NCBI RefSeq assembly: GCF_009914755.1
Contig: NC_060927.1
DNA: 64,000 nt
Source of the DNA: the human T2T-CHM13v2.0 reference genome, Homo sapiens
Direction: 5' to 3' (one strand)
Made by a program: the position numbers and the translations under genes. Below the pieces are notes generated by a model. It had not been told where the DNA came from, made no database searches, and saw nothing but the letters and a program-made list of their open reading frames with translations. The number at the start of each line of letters is the position of its first letter. Position 1 is the first letter of the stretch. Below are positions 1 through 26,663 of this stretch, in pieces.

Positions 1-2
1 AC

Positions 3-1530
<1,528 letters not shown>

Positions 1531-1599
1531 CTATTTATGACCATATTATTTTTTAGACTCCGTCTAAAAAAAAAAAAGACTTGTATTTAATGTGATTTA

Positions 1600-2200
1600 A
1601 TCGACTGTGCCCATCTCACTGCGGACACTGAGTGCGCAACCTGAGCCTGGAGCAGTTGAGGGAGACGGCAAGACCCCACGCGCCGTGTAACGACCATAAC
1701 GCGCGTGCACTACAACCTCGCCGCCGGCGTCCAGGCTTCTGTGTTCTATAGCGTGGGAGTAGAGAGCAAACGCCGGCGAGGACGTGACGTTGCACAGGCC
1801 TATCATAGTGCCCGAGAATTCGTGGGTGCTCAAGAGGATGGGTGTGGCCTGGCAGCGCAGGCGCACTAGAGGCCTGTAGGGTCGGGGCGCCTGCGCAGTC
1901 GCTCTTCCTCAGGCGGCGGCCATGGCGGGACAGGAGGATCCGGTGCAGCGGGAGATTCACCAGGACTGGGCTAACCGGGAGTACATTGAGATAATCACCA
2001 GCAGCATCAAGAAAATCGCAGACTTTCTCAACTCGTTCGGTCAGCGGGCCAGCAAGGGGAGGCGGGGAGGAGGGAGGCCGCTGAGGTGGTTGGGCTGGGG
2101 CGCCGGGGAGATGCTTTGAGAGGACTCCCGCAGCCTTCGGCTGTTGCGGGTTTTCACTTCCTCCTTCAGGTCCCACCTTCTCCCTCCCGCCCTGACCCTC
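1600..2200 (+). promoter_or_regulatory. BRK1: BRK1 CpG-island promoter
   Basis: CpG-dense stretch around the ATG at 1922. Two oppositely oriented NRF1-like motifs: GCGCAGGCGCA (1855-1865) and GCGCCTGCGCA (1887-1897). CRE-like GACGTGACGT near 1781. Strong Kozak context gcggccATGG. Confidence 0.85.
1922..2039 (+). CDS. BRK1: BRK1 (BRICK1/HSPC300, WAVE complex subunit) coding exon 1
   Basis: Translates [39 protein letters not shown]+G; 118 nt; GT donor at 2040. Confidence 0.98.
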
Positions 2201-3179
2201 AGGCTCCCGTAGACAGTCTCTGTAGGGTTATCCTGCCCTACGCTGAGCTCATGGCTTCCTGCCATCCCTCTGGATCCATTCTACAAGTCCTTCTCCTAGA
2301 CGCGTCAGGCAGCCCCATCCTCGCTCCGTGGTTCTTCTCCTAAGTGGTCTCCCTGCCTCCTTTGTACTCTGCATCCATTCCGGTCCCCACTTTGCACTCA
2401 AAGTGAGCATCCGGGACCGTGTCACTCCTCTGTTTCAAGACTGTTGACCGTTCCCCATCTTCAGGATCTGGTCGATACCCTCTAGCGTCGTGCCTTTTAG
2501 TTGGACCCGTTGTCAACCACTCCCGTCTTGTCCATTCCTTCCTGTTTCCTGTGTCTGCTGCGGTGAGAGTGGTGGGAGATGAGGTCAGAGGGATGCCAGG
2601 ATCTTGTAGGACCTTGGAAGTCCTCTCTGTATTGCTAGTATATATAGCTTATGGTAGGTGTTCTGTCTGCTTCTAGCCCATTCCTCAGAGCTAACACAGG
2701 TCGGGTGCCTTCAGCAGAAAGATATCTTTACCAGAATCTTTCCTAGGCATGGCCTGCTTGTGACAGCCTTAAATTCTTCCTTATGAACAGCAAGCAAAGC
2801 AATCGAGATTCCTACCCCTTCTTCTCCAAGTGTTTAACAGAACTTGGCACTGGTTAGACTTTCTTGTGTAATTACAGGATATAGGGACTAGTGTACTTTG
2901 GAAAGATTTTTAAATGAATGATTCTCTAACTAAAGGACTGATGGCCTTAGGAGTACAAAGGTGACAGAGCAAGAGATTGTCAGAAAGCATCAGCGAGAGA
3001 TGCTAGAGCTCCATATGAGGCCCTCTCTTAAGGCATAGTGGGAGACACAGAATAAGAACCACTTCCTACATTCAAAGAAGTTCTAATCTTGAAGATGAAA
3101 TAATGACAACTTCAGGACAAAGAAGAGCATCATTTTTGTATTAAAGTATTTTCATACAGGGTGTTTAGGACTATAATCG

Positions 3180-11667
<8,488 letters not shown>

Positions 11668-11846
11668 ACTTGATAGGAAGTTCAGCAGATCCACTCTAAG
11701 CAACTGTGCTATGAGTGGATCTTAGCACTGTATCCATTTCCATTTGTATTCTGTGTATTATTCCTCTTTTTCATTGTAGGTGTTGTGTGTGTCTGTGTCT
11801 GTGTTTGGAGTGACATTAATCCTGAACACCAGTCTCTTTTTCTCAG

Positions 11847-12334
<488 letters not shown>

Positions 12335-12489
12335 TTAAGCATGTTGCCTGGATTTGAACCATGTTTCTGTGACTTCACAGCTATCTTCTTTTCTGCTATT
12401 TCTCACTGCCTAGGATCTAAAGATTTTTTTTTAGACCCCTCTAATCTTTTTTAATTTATCTAAATGTCAGTTTTCCTTTCCTTTCACAG

Positions 12490-12516
12490 GTGACAAAAGG
12501 TGAGACACTCACCTAG
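12490..12516 (+). CDS. BRK1: BRK1 coding exon 3 (VTKGETLT-stop)
   Basis: Acceptor cctttcacag; GTG...ACC TAG; spliced CDS 118+83+27=228 nt = 75 aa + stop. Confidence 0.97.
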   Translation: MTKGETLT

Positions 12517-13385
12517 AACAGTGCCGTGCTGCTGCTGGGAAGTTGCTTTACACAACACAGGCCACATGGGAAAGGCCCCAGCAGCCTTCAGCTCCTTCCT
12601 TTCTCCTTAAAGAGCAACAGGGCTTATTCTTGTTTTTCTTTTTTCAAAAGTGTGGCCTTTGGGCTCTGCCATCTGGGGTGTGGTGTGGTATGTGGGAAGA
12701 AGTTCAGAGGAACCGTTGGAAACGACGTTAGGCATTTTACCTTTTCAGTAACATTTTATACATCTACTTGTCAATGTATTTGAGACATTCACAGCCAAAA
12801 GCCTGGGACTCTTTGTGAAGGTCCTCCTCACCTCTATCTTTCTTTCTCTCTCTCTCAAACTTTCCTTAAAGTTCTCATTGCCTTTGCACTGCTTCTGTGA
12901 ACAGTCTTTGTCTCCTCCCCACCTTTGGTGGGAAGTGCGGGGCAGTCCTGGTCAAGACACTCATGCCCTGGCAATGTGGCTGCCAGAGAATGTTGTTGCT
13001 AACCCACCAGTTTCTTGTTGATTTGGAGAGGTCAAGGCCAGGCCCCCACTTGGCTTGAAGGGACATTTTCAGACTTTTCTTTCTGTCACTTGGAGTGTCT
13101 ATGCCTCTCATATTTCCCTAATAAACTCCTCAACTTTTTATCTGACTGCTGTGATTATGGTGGGGAGAGGAGCTAGAGATGGGTTCACTTATTGCACAGA
13201 AATGTAATACATGGCGTTATTATTCTAACATAAAACTTTCAGATGTAGCTGTTTGATTCAAAGCCTAGGTGGCTTACCAGCCCAAGTCCCCATGTTTGGA
13301 CTTTCAGCTGACTAGCTCATCTTGGGAATCATTTGGTCATTCAGCACATTTACCAAGTATTTACTATGTAGGCATGTTAAACTCC

Positions 13386-13391
13386 AATAAA
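13386..13391 (+). terminator. BRK1: BRK1 distal polyadenylation signal AATAAA
   Basis: AATAAA about 870 nt after the stop, at the end of the unique 3'UTR-like sequence; a second AATAAA lies at 13120-13125. Confidence 0.8.
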
Positions 13392-13619
13392 ACATACAGC
13401 ATTGAATCAGACATGATGCTTACAGTCTTTTGAAATACCAGCATTCACACAATTTAGCCACAATCCAAGGAAGATTATTAGTTTTATAAGGCACAAGCTA
13501 AGTGTCTACTCTTTGAAAAGCAGATAGCCGGGTTCAGTGGCTCAGGCCTGTAATCCCAGCACTTTGGGAGGCTGAGGCGGGTGGATCACAAGGTCAGGAG
13601 ATCGAGACCATCCTGGCTA

Positions 13620-13877
<258 letters not shown>

Positions 13878-14526
13878 TCATTTAGTATTGCCCTTTTCCT
13901 CTTCTCAGTTCCTCCCAATCCTACCATGCTGACACTGTGCTTCAGCTCTGGATTTGATCTTGATATGGATTTATCTCTGATTTAGCATGTGCATCCTAGA
14001 ATAGAAACGAACATCTTTGGCCAGGTGCAGTGGCTCATGCCTGTAATCCCATCACTTTGGCTGGGTGGATCACTTGAGGTCAGGAGTTCAAGACCAGCCT
14101 GGCCAACATGGCGAAACCCGGTCTCTACTAAAAATACAAAAATTAGCTGGGTATGGTCGCAGGCACCTGTAATCCCAGCCACTCAGGAGGCTGAGGTAAG
14201 AGAATTGCTTGAACCTGCAGAGATTGCAGTGAGCCGAGATCACGCCACCGCACTCCAGCCTGCTGGGCGACAAAGCGAGACTGTCTCAAAAAAAAAGAAG
14301 TAGTTCTAAAGTTCAAGTTTTAGGTTATCTGGTGCCGTCAGTTTAAAAGACACATGGATTTAATAGCAGACAGGTGCTTAAAAAAAAAGCATTGAGTTCC
14401 TGCTATATGCAAGGACCAGCATGATATAGTAATAGTGGCAAAAGTGATGGTATACTAGGCAGAAAAAGCTCTTCTTTTTATGACATTACATGTGAAAATG
14501 CTCAGTACGTTTTTTATTGGCTTCTA

Positions 14527-14712
<186 letters not shown>

Positions 14713-15047
14713 TTAAGGGGCTGAGGTAGGAGAATCACTTGAACACAGGAGGCAGAGTTTGCAGTGAGCCAAGATCGCACCACTGCACTCCAGACTGGGC
14801 AACAAGAGCAAAACTCCATCTCAAAAAAAAAAAAATCTTAATTTATTGTTATTAAAATAATATGCTCTAAACGAGTTAGTGCCCTTAATAGTACCATACT
14901 GCTAGGTGTGGTGGTGTGCACCTGTAATCCCAGTTACTCAGGAGGCTGAGGTGGGAGGACAGCTTGAGCCTAGGAGGTCAGCACAAGCCTCAGCAACATA
15001 ATGAGACCCGTCTTTATTTTTTTTTTTTAATTTTTCTATTTTTTTAG

Positions 15048-15257
<210 letters not shown>

Positions 15258-16145
15258 TAGCCAGGATGGTCTTGATCTCCTGACCTCGTGATCTGCCTGC
15301 CTCAGCCTCCCAAAGTGCTGGGATTACAGGTGTAAGCCACCGCGCCCGGCAGCTCTTTTTTTCTTTTTATGTCCAGCCAACTCATCATAATTTTTTTAAT
15401 TATAATTTTTTTAATCTACCTTTTTTTTTGAGACAGAGTTCGAGACCAACCTGGGCAATGTGGCAAGACCCCTATCTCCACTAAAAATACAAAAATTAAC
15501 TGGGCATGGTGGCATGCACCTGTAGTCCCAGCTACTCAGGATGCTGAAGTAGGATTGCTCAAGCAATTCGCCTAGGAGGTGGAAGCTGCAGTGAGCTGGG
15601 ATTGCACCACTGCACTCCATCCCGGGCAACAGAGTGCGACCTTGTCTTAAAAAAAAAAAATCTTGAGTGGAAAATGAGCTAAATTTTAAATTTTCCTCTA
15701 AGCCATTCATAGGCACCTTCAAGGGAACCTCTTCATGCCTGTATACTTTGAAATGTTTTTTACCCTATAATTTGGTTTAATTCACTTATTTACTGAAAAG
15801 CTGAAAAGTAAGAGGTTTGAACCCATGAGCTATTAGGCATAGATTGCAAGTCCCTTGATAATAAAGCAGTTTTCAGTCTGTCTTTAAAAATTAAGCTTGG
15901 GCCGGGCGCTGTGGCTCACGCCTGTAATCCCAGCACTTTGGGAGGCCAAGGCGGGCGGATCACGAGGTCAAGAGATCGAGACCATCCTGGCCAACATGGT
16001 TAAAGTGGATTTCAGAAGCAGGAAAAAATAGGGAGCTTATTGTCTGGCTGATCGTTACAGAAGTACCCAGTTCTGTCATTCCACTCTTGCTACTCAGACC
16101 TTTAACTACCCATGTTTATTTCACCAAGCTAAAGAAGTATACTAC

Positions 16146-16379
16146 AGGTTGATGATCCCCACTCCGAAAATCTGAAATGCTTCAAAATCTAAAACTTTTT
16201 GAGCACTGACATGGCACTCAAAGGAAATGCTCATTGGAGCATTTTGTATTTCGGATTAGGGATGCTCAATGAGTACGTATATAAGGTTGTTCCAAAAGTA
16301 TTTCAGATTTCCAAATGCTGAAAAAATCCCAAATCCAAAACACCTCTGGTCCCAAGCATTTCAGATAATACTCAGCCCG
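16146..16379. mobile_element. Tigger4/MER46-like MITE
   Basis: TA-flanked caggttga...ctcagcccg termini, internal aaaacacctctggtcccaagcatttc. Confidence 0.75.
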
Positions 16380-16432
16380 TACTATAAGCCACACTAAGTA
16401 GAGTACAGGCCAGGCGTGGTGACTCACACCTA

Positions 16433-16882
<450 letters not shown>

Positions 16883-17412
16883 TCATCTCTAGGCTCTTTC
16901 CCAGTATTTATACTCAGATTCATGCTGTTGCCTGCAAAAAAGGTTGGCCCCCAGTTGCCTCTGGATAATATGATTTAGAAAATTTGCTCTGGCAGTTTGC
17001 AGACAATTGCTGCCGTAAATAATTGTTCAAAACTTCATGGCTGGGTGCAGTGGCTCACACCTGTAATCCCAGCATTTTGGGAGGCCAAGGTGGGCAGATC
17101 GCTTGAGGTCAGGAGTTCGAGACCAGCCTGGTCAATATGGTGAAACCCCATCTCTACTAAAAATGAAAAAAAAAAAAAAATTAGCCAGGCTTGATGATGT
17201 GTGCCTGTAATCCCAGCTACTCGGGAGGCTGAGGCATAAGAATCGCTCGAACCTTGGAGGTGGAATTTGCAGCAAGTTGAGGTCATGCCACTGCACTCCA
17301 GCCTGGGCAAGAGAGCTGGATTCTGTCTCAAAACAATAATAACAGCAACAACAACAACTAACATCTAAAGGCCATATGACTGTCAACTAGATTATACAAT
17401 AAGAAAGGCTGA

Positions 17413-17574
<162 letters not shown>

Positions 17575-17922
17575 TGAAGAGCTGAGATTACAGGTATGCA
17601 CCACCAGGCCCAGCTAATTTTTGTATTTTTAGTAGAGACAGGGTTTCACCAGGTTGGCCAGGCTGGGGTTTCTTTATTTAATTTTTCTTTATTTATTTGT
17701 TTTTTTTGTTTTTAGAGACAGGGTCTCACTATGCTGCTTAGGCTGGTCTCAAACTCCTGGGCTCAAGCAATCTTCCCGCCTTGGCCTCCCAAAGTGTTGG
17801 GCTTACAGGCATGAGCCACTGTGCCCGGCTGGTTTATTTTCTAATGAAAAGTTACCCTGGAGGATCACTGGAGGCCAGGAGTTTAAGACCAGCCTGGGCA
17901 CCATAGTGAGACACCGTATCTG

Positions 17923-17960
<38 letters not shown>

Positions 17961-19550
17961 GTCACCCTGTGCACTAAATTGGCAAAAGATTAGGACTAGC
18001 AAGAATTAAAACTCACAGAACATTAGGGTGAGAAAGAATCTTAGAGATAATCTAGTCTGCCCCTGCCATTCTAGGAATATAGAAGCAAACCCAGACAGGT
18101 TGAGTGACAGACATGTCCATCCTGGTGGCAAAGCCAAAACTAAAACCTTATTCCCAGGTCAGTGCAGAGCCACTCAGAGTCTCATAAATAAGTTTTGTGT
18201 TTTCTGTACCATACCGGCCCTCTATTAGCCTCTCCCTGGATCTCACTGATACCTTGAGAGTGCAAAAAAGCAATTGTTCGTTACATTTATCTAAGTGGTG
18301 GTATCCATTGGCATCAACATTTGCATTTAGGACAAAGTTATCTTTGGCTCCTTTGAGCTTGCTACGACTATCAAGCGTGAAGTTTGTATTGTGCCTCAGC
18401 TGCATTTTCCAACCATAACAGTTTTTAAAAAAATAATTTTATTGGATAGGTGTGGTGGCTTATGCGTGTAATCCCATTACTCTGGGAGGCTGAGATGGGA
18501 AGATTGCTTGAGCCCAGGAGTTTTGAGGACAAACTGGGCAACCCAGAGAGACCGCCACCACAAAAAATAAACACAATTAGGCGGGTGTGGTGGTGCATGC
18601 CTGTAGTCCCAGTTACTCATGGGGCTGAGGTGGGAGGATCACCTAGGCCCAGGAGGTCATGGCTGTAGTGAGCCAAGATCACACCACTGAACTTCAGCCT
18701 GGGTGACAGAGCAAGACCCTGTCTCAATAAATGAATAAATGAAATGAAATGTTTCAATTCAATAAATGATAAATGCTTCAGTGTGGCTTTCACAAACATT
18801 TTGCCTAAGAAGTTGTTTATTAGCATTAAATACATTGTATGTCTATTATGTGTGAGGCACTGGAGATAAAATGAGAAACAGACAGTTTCTACTCTTAAGG
18901 AGCTTATAGTATAGTCATTTATTCACTGTATGTTCTCAAAGCAAAAGACACTAGAATGACATTTGCAGAAAAACCTCAGGAAAACACAACATACACAAAG
19001 GAGCAATGTGGTATCAACTTCACTGCATGATAAAGATACCATAGGCCAAAATTGTATTGTACATGGAAATGATGTTTGGGTTTTTGTTGCTGTTGTTATT
19101 TTTGTTTGTTTACCATTGTAAAAGTAATATATCACCACATATACATTATGGACATACACATGCATTTGAAAAGCATTAACAATTGGCCTGAATAAATATA
19201 TAAAGAACTATTAAAACTCAGCAGTAAGAAAACAGCTAAATAAATGGACGAAATATTTGAACTGACACCTTGAAGACAAAAAACAGGCTGAGCCCGGTGG
19301 CTCACACCTGTAATCCAAGCACTTTGGGAAGCCAAGGCGGGTGGATCACCTGAGTTCAGAAGTTCGACATCAGCCTGGCCAACATGGCTAAACTCCGTCT
19401 CTACTAAAAATATAAAACTAGGCCAGTTGTGGTGGTGCACATCTATAGTCCCAGCTACTCAGGAGGCTGAGGCAGGAAAATCACTTGAACCTGGGAGGCG
19501 GAGGTTGCGCCACTACTCTCCAGCCTGGGTGACAGAGTGAGAGTCTGTCT

Positions 19551-19582
<32 letters not shown>

Positions 19583-19609
19583 AAGAATGGCAAACAAAAT
19601 ACAACAGAG

Positions 19610-19730
19610 TTTTTCATAGTTCATAAGCATGATGAGTGGGTTTTCATGTTCATGTGTGAGGTGTGCCTCCCTCAAACCTTGTTATGATGTCAACACATTG
19701 CCCATCTGATGTGAGAAGAAGTAAAAAAAC
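19610..19730 (+). pseudogene. U13 (SNORD13) snoRNA retrocopy, degenerate
   Basis: Colinear with U13 (tagttcataagcatgatga...gtgtgaggtgtgcc...aaccttgttatgatgt...cccatctga), followed by an A-rich tail. Confidence 0.85.
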
Positions 19731-20303
19731 AGTGAAAAGGCAGTTTACAGAATGGGAGAAAACATTTGCAAATCATACATCCAATAAGGAGTTAATATTC
19801 AAAATATATAAGGACCTCAATAGCAAGGAAACGATTTTAAAATGGGCAAAGGACCTAAGTAGACATTTCTCAACAGAAGACATTAAATGGCCAAAAGATA
19901 AGTGTTGGTGAGGACGTGGAGAAAACAGAACCCTCCCAGGTTCTTGGTGGGAATGTATATTAGTACAGCCATTATGGCAAACAGTTTGGAGGTTCCTGGA
20001 AAAACTAAAAATGGAATTACCATGTGATCCAACAATCTCACTTCTGGGTATATATACATAGGAAATGAAAATCAGTATTTTGAAGAGATATCTGCACTCC
20101 CATGTTCATTGCAGCACTATTCACAATAGCCACACTATGGAATCAAGTGTCCATTGCCAGACGAATGGATAAAGAAAATGTGCGCTGGGTGCGGTGGCTC
20201 ATGCCTGTAATCCCAGCACATTGGGAGGCCAAGACGGGCAGATCACTTGAGATCAGGAATTTGAGACCAGCCTGGCCAACATGGCAAAACCCCATCTCTA
20301 CTA

Positions 20304-20753
<450 letters not shown>

Positions 20754-20969
20754 TGAACTCCTGACCTCGTGATCCACCCGCCTCAGCCTCCCAAAGTGCT
20801 GGGATTACAGGTGTGAGCCACCACACCCGGCCGGAATCTTTAAAATAAACTGGCCGGGTGCGGTGGCTCACGCCTGTAATCCCAGCACTTTGGGAGGCCG
20901 AGGCAGGCAGATTACCTCAGGTCAGGAGTTCAAGACCAGCCTGACCAACATGAAGAAACCCTGTCTCTA

Positions 20970-21131
<162 letters not shown>

Positions 21132-21445
21132 TCAATCAATTAATCGATCAATAAAATACGTTGAACTCACAAAAGCAGGCAGTACAATGGTGGTTGCCAG
21201 GGCCAGGGGAGTTGAGATGAAACAGGGAGATATTGGTCAAAGGGTACGAGTCACCCTTTTGGTTGGGAGGAATATATTCTGGACATCTGTTATACAGCAT
21301 GATGACTATAGTTAATAAATAATGTATATTTGAAAATTGTTAAGAGTGTAGTTTTTTTTTTTTTTCTAAGACGGGGTCTTGCTCTGTCACCCAGGCTGGA
21401 GTGCAGTGGTGCGATCTCGACTCACTGCAACCTCTGCCTCCTGGG

Positions 21446-22219
<774 letters not shown>

Positions 22220-22491
22220 TAGATCTTAAATGTTCTCACCACAAAAAAACTGAAGTAATAAATACATTAGCTTTATTTTTTAAATTTTTAATTATTTTAC
22301 AAAATAGAGATAGGGTCTCACTGTGTTGCCCAGGCTGGTCCTGAACTCTGGGCTCAAGCAATCCTCCCACCTGGGTCTCCCAAAGTGCTGGGATTAACAG
22401 ACGTGAGCCACTGCACTTGGCCAGCTTGATTATTTTTTAATGGCAAACAAGCTCATGAAAAGATGCTCAACATTGTTAGTCACTAGAGAAG

Positions 22492-23822
22492 TGTGTCCAG
22501 AATTGGTGGGTTCTTGGTCTCACTGACTTCAAGAATGAAGCTGCAGACCCTTGCGGTGAGTGTTACAGTTCTCAAAGGTGGCGTGTCCAGAGTTTGTTCC
22601 TTCTGATGTTCGGATGTGTTCAGAGTTTGTTCCTTCTGGTGGCTGCGTGGTCTTGCTGGCTCAGGAGTGAAGCTGCAGACCACCGCGAGTATTACAGCTT
22701 TTAAAGCACTGCATCTAGAGTTTTTGGTTCCTCCAAGTGGGTTCGTGGTCTTGCTGGCTTCAGCAGACCTTCACGGTGAGCGTTACAGCTCACAAAGGCA
22801 ATGCGGACCCAAAGAGTAAGCAATAACAATATTTACCGCAACGACTAAAAGAACAAACCTCTCACGACATACAAATGGACCCAACCGGGTTGCCACTGCT
22901 AGCTCTGGCAGCCTGCTTTTATTCTCTTACCTGGCCCCACCCACATCCTGCTGATTGGTCCATTTTACAGAGAGCCCATTGGTCCATTTTACAGAGAGCT
23001 GATTGGTCCGTTTTGACAGGGTGCTGATTGGTGTGTTTACAATCCCTGAGCTAAACACAAAGGTTCTCCAAGTCCCCACCAGAGTAGCTAGATACAGAGT
23101 GTCGATTGGTGCATTCACAAACCCTGAGCTAGACACAGGGTGCTGATTGGTGTGTTTACAAACCTTGAGCTAGATACAGAGTGCCAATTGGTGTATTTAC
23201 AATCCCTTACCTAGACATAAAGGTTCTCCAAGTCCCCACCAGACTTAGGAGCCCAGCTGGCTTCACCCAGTGGATCCTGCACCGGGGCGCAGGTGGAGCT
23301 GCCTGCCAGTCCCGCACCCTGCACCTGCACTCCTCAGCCCTCAGGTGGTTGATGGGACTGGGCGCAGTGGAGCAGGGGGTGGCGCTCGTCGGGGAGGCTC
23401 GGGTGGCACAGGAGCCCACGGAAGAGGGGGGAGGCTCAGGCATGGCGGGCTGCAGCTCCTGGGCCCTGCCCGGCTGGGAGGCAGCTAAGGCCCTGCGAGA
23501 AATTGAGCACAGCAGCTGCTGGCCCAGGTGATAAGCCCCTCACTGCCCTGGGCTTGCAGGCCGGCTGAGCCCACGCCCACCCGGAACTTGTGCTAGCCCA
23601 CAAGCGCCACGGCAGCCCCGGTTCCCGCCCGCACCTCTCCCTCCACACCTCCCTGCAAGCTGAGGGAGCCGGCTCTGGCCTTGGCCAGCCCAGAAAGGGG
23701 CTCCCACAGTGCAGCCGCATGCTGGACAGCTCCTCAAGCGTGGCCAGAGTGGTGGCCAAGGCCAAGGAGGTGCCGAGAGTGAGCGAGGGCCGCGAGGGCT
23801 GCCAGCACATTGTCACCTCTCA
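22492..23822 (-). mobile_element. Solo LTR12 (ERV9/HERV9) element
   Basis: Minus strand begins TGAGAGGTGACAATGTGCTGGCAGCCCTC. GC-rich U3, tandem CCAAT repeats, U5 repeats. 4-bp TSD GAAG (22488-22491 / 23823-23826). Confidence 0.93.
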
Positions 23823-24027
23823 GAAGTACAAATTAAACGTCAATAAGATACCACTATACATCAATTAGAATGGCTAAAATTTTTTTATTTTTAAAGAACA
23901 AAACCCCAGGCCAGGCGCGGTGGCTCACGCTTGTAATCCCAGCACTTTGGGAGGCCGAGGTGGGCGGATCACAAGGTCAGGAGATCGAGACCATCCTGGC
24001 TAACACGGTGAAACCCCGTCTCTACTA

Positions 24028-24315
<288 letters not shown>

Positions 24316-24862
24316 TTAGCAATTTCTCATGAAGTTAAACATGTACTTTGTGTTTGACCTAGCAATCTCCTAGGTGATTCTCACCCAAGAGAAACAAAAC
24401 TTATGTTTGCAAGAAACCTGTACACTAATGTATATAGCAACTTTATAATTGCTAAAAACTGGAAACAAACCAATATCTTGCAGTTGGTAAGTAGATAGTA
24501 TGGAATACCCTTGGCAATAAAAATGAGTAAGTTATTATATACTACAACTTGGATGAATCTCAAATGCATTATGCTAAGTGAAAAAAAGCCAAACTCATAA
24601 GGCTACATATGATACGATTTTGTTGTGTGACATTCTGGAAAGGCAAAACTATAGGGACACAAGACAGACAGACCAGTGCTTGCCAGGGATTAACAGTGGA
24701 AGCAGGGTTTGACCATGAAGGAGTTTTGGGGGTGACAAGATACTCTGGTTTTTTTTTTTTTCTTGAGACAGAGTCTCGCTTTGTCGCCCAGGCTGGAGTG
24801 CAGTGGCACGATCTCAGCTCATTGCAAAAACTGGAAACGAAGTAAATATGGCAACATGCTAA

Positions 24863-25240
<378 letters not shown>

Positions 25241-25933
25241 TGATCCACTTGCTTTGGCCTCACAAAGTGCTGGGATTACAGGCGTGAGCCACTGCGCCCG
25301 GCCCACCGGTTGTCTTTAGACATTGTATTTTTTATTCTTTTCTACATGTCTTTTTGCCTAATGAAAAGTGTACTGTAAGAAAAATTTTGCCTGTGTATTC
25401 TAAACTTGTTTCCTTTGCAACTTTTTCTTTTCTTTTTTCTTTTTTGAGACAGAGTCTCGCTCTGTTACCCAGGCTAAAGTGCAGTGTCGCGATCACAGTT
25501 CACTGCAGCCTTGACCTTCCTGAGCTCAGGTGATCCTCCAGCCTCAGCCTCCTGAGCAGCTGGGACTACAGGTGCACCCACGCCCGGCTAATTTTTTGTA
25601 TTTTTTGTAGAGACAGGATTTCATCATGTCGCCCAGCCTAGTGTCGAGCTCCTCAGCTCAAGTTATCCGCCCACCTCGGCCTCCCAAAGTGCCGGGATTA
25701 CAGGCACAAGCCACCGTGCTTGGCCACCCCTTCCTCTTAAATGATCTTTGAAACATTATTTGCAATCTCAAAGCCTGCATTTATCTAAACAACTGGTTTC
25801 ATTTTAGGGATGTAGGCATTTCTGTAATATTAAACTGTTATATTTCACCTCGCTAGCATGGGAGTAAAACTGAGGGGATGTTTGCATGAATCTTGTGAAT
25901 TATGATGGCTCTAAGCCATTGTAATTTGATTAA

Positions 25934-26128
<195 letters not shown>

Positions 26129-26504
26129 TAATTTTTTGTATTTTTAGTAGAGATGGGATTTCACCATGTCGGCCAGGCTGGTCACAAACTCCTGACCTCA
26201 AGTGATCTGCTCACCTTGGCCTCCCAAAGTGCTGGGATTACAGGCATGAGCCACTGCGTCTGGCCTACTTTGGGATTTTTCTCTACAGTGTTTTCATGTT
26301 GTTAATGTAGCTGGGGGTCCAGCATCACTGCTGGTCACTTAATCCTGCTGGAGGCCACCAGGATACACCATCTCTGTGCAGTGAGCTGTCAAGGAGAGCC
26401 CTAGGCAAAATTACTTAGGTTCATGGTGTCAGTGCTTTTGTGGAGATGTCCAACTCCTGAGGTTCACTCATACTGTCATTTTCTCCTAAGGCATCAGGTG
26501 ATGA

Positions 26505-26663
<159 letters not shown>

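Noticed and set aside
1616-2176. 186-aa antisense ORF over BRK1 exon 1
   Set aside because: Non-ATG start, GC-rich, no recognisable homology; expected by chance in a CpG island.
12497-12505. Donor-like AAG|GTGAGA inside BRK1 exon 3 (possible BRK1-VHL read-through splice)
   Set aside because: It would define a 10-nt exon; no evidence of use.
18148-18418. Overlapping 85-aa and 73-aa ORFs in non-repeat intergenic DNA
   Set aside because: No recognisable family, promoter or splice context; length compatible with chance.
19663-19911. ORF with L1 ORF2-like peptide ([15 protein letters not shown])
   Set aside because: Short remnant of a dead L1 fused to the U13 retrocopy; not an intact gene.
22940-23240. 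Regularly spaced repeats that superficially resemble a CRISPR-like array
   Set aside because: They are the tandem CCAAT/GATA enhancer repeats of LTR12 with no unique spacers, in a eukaryotic context.
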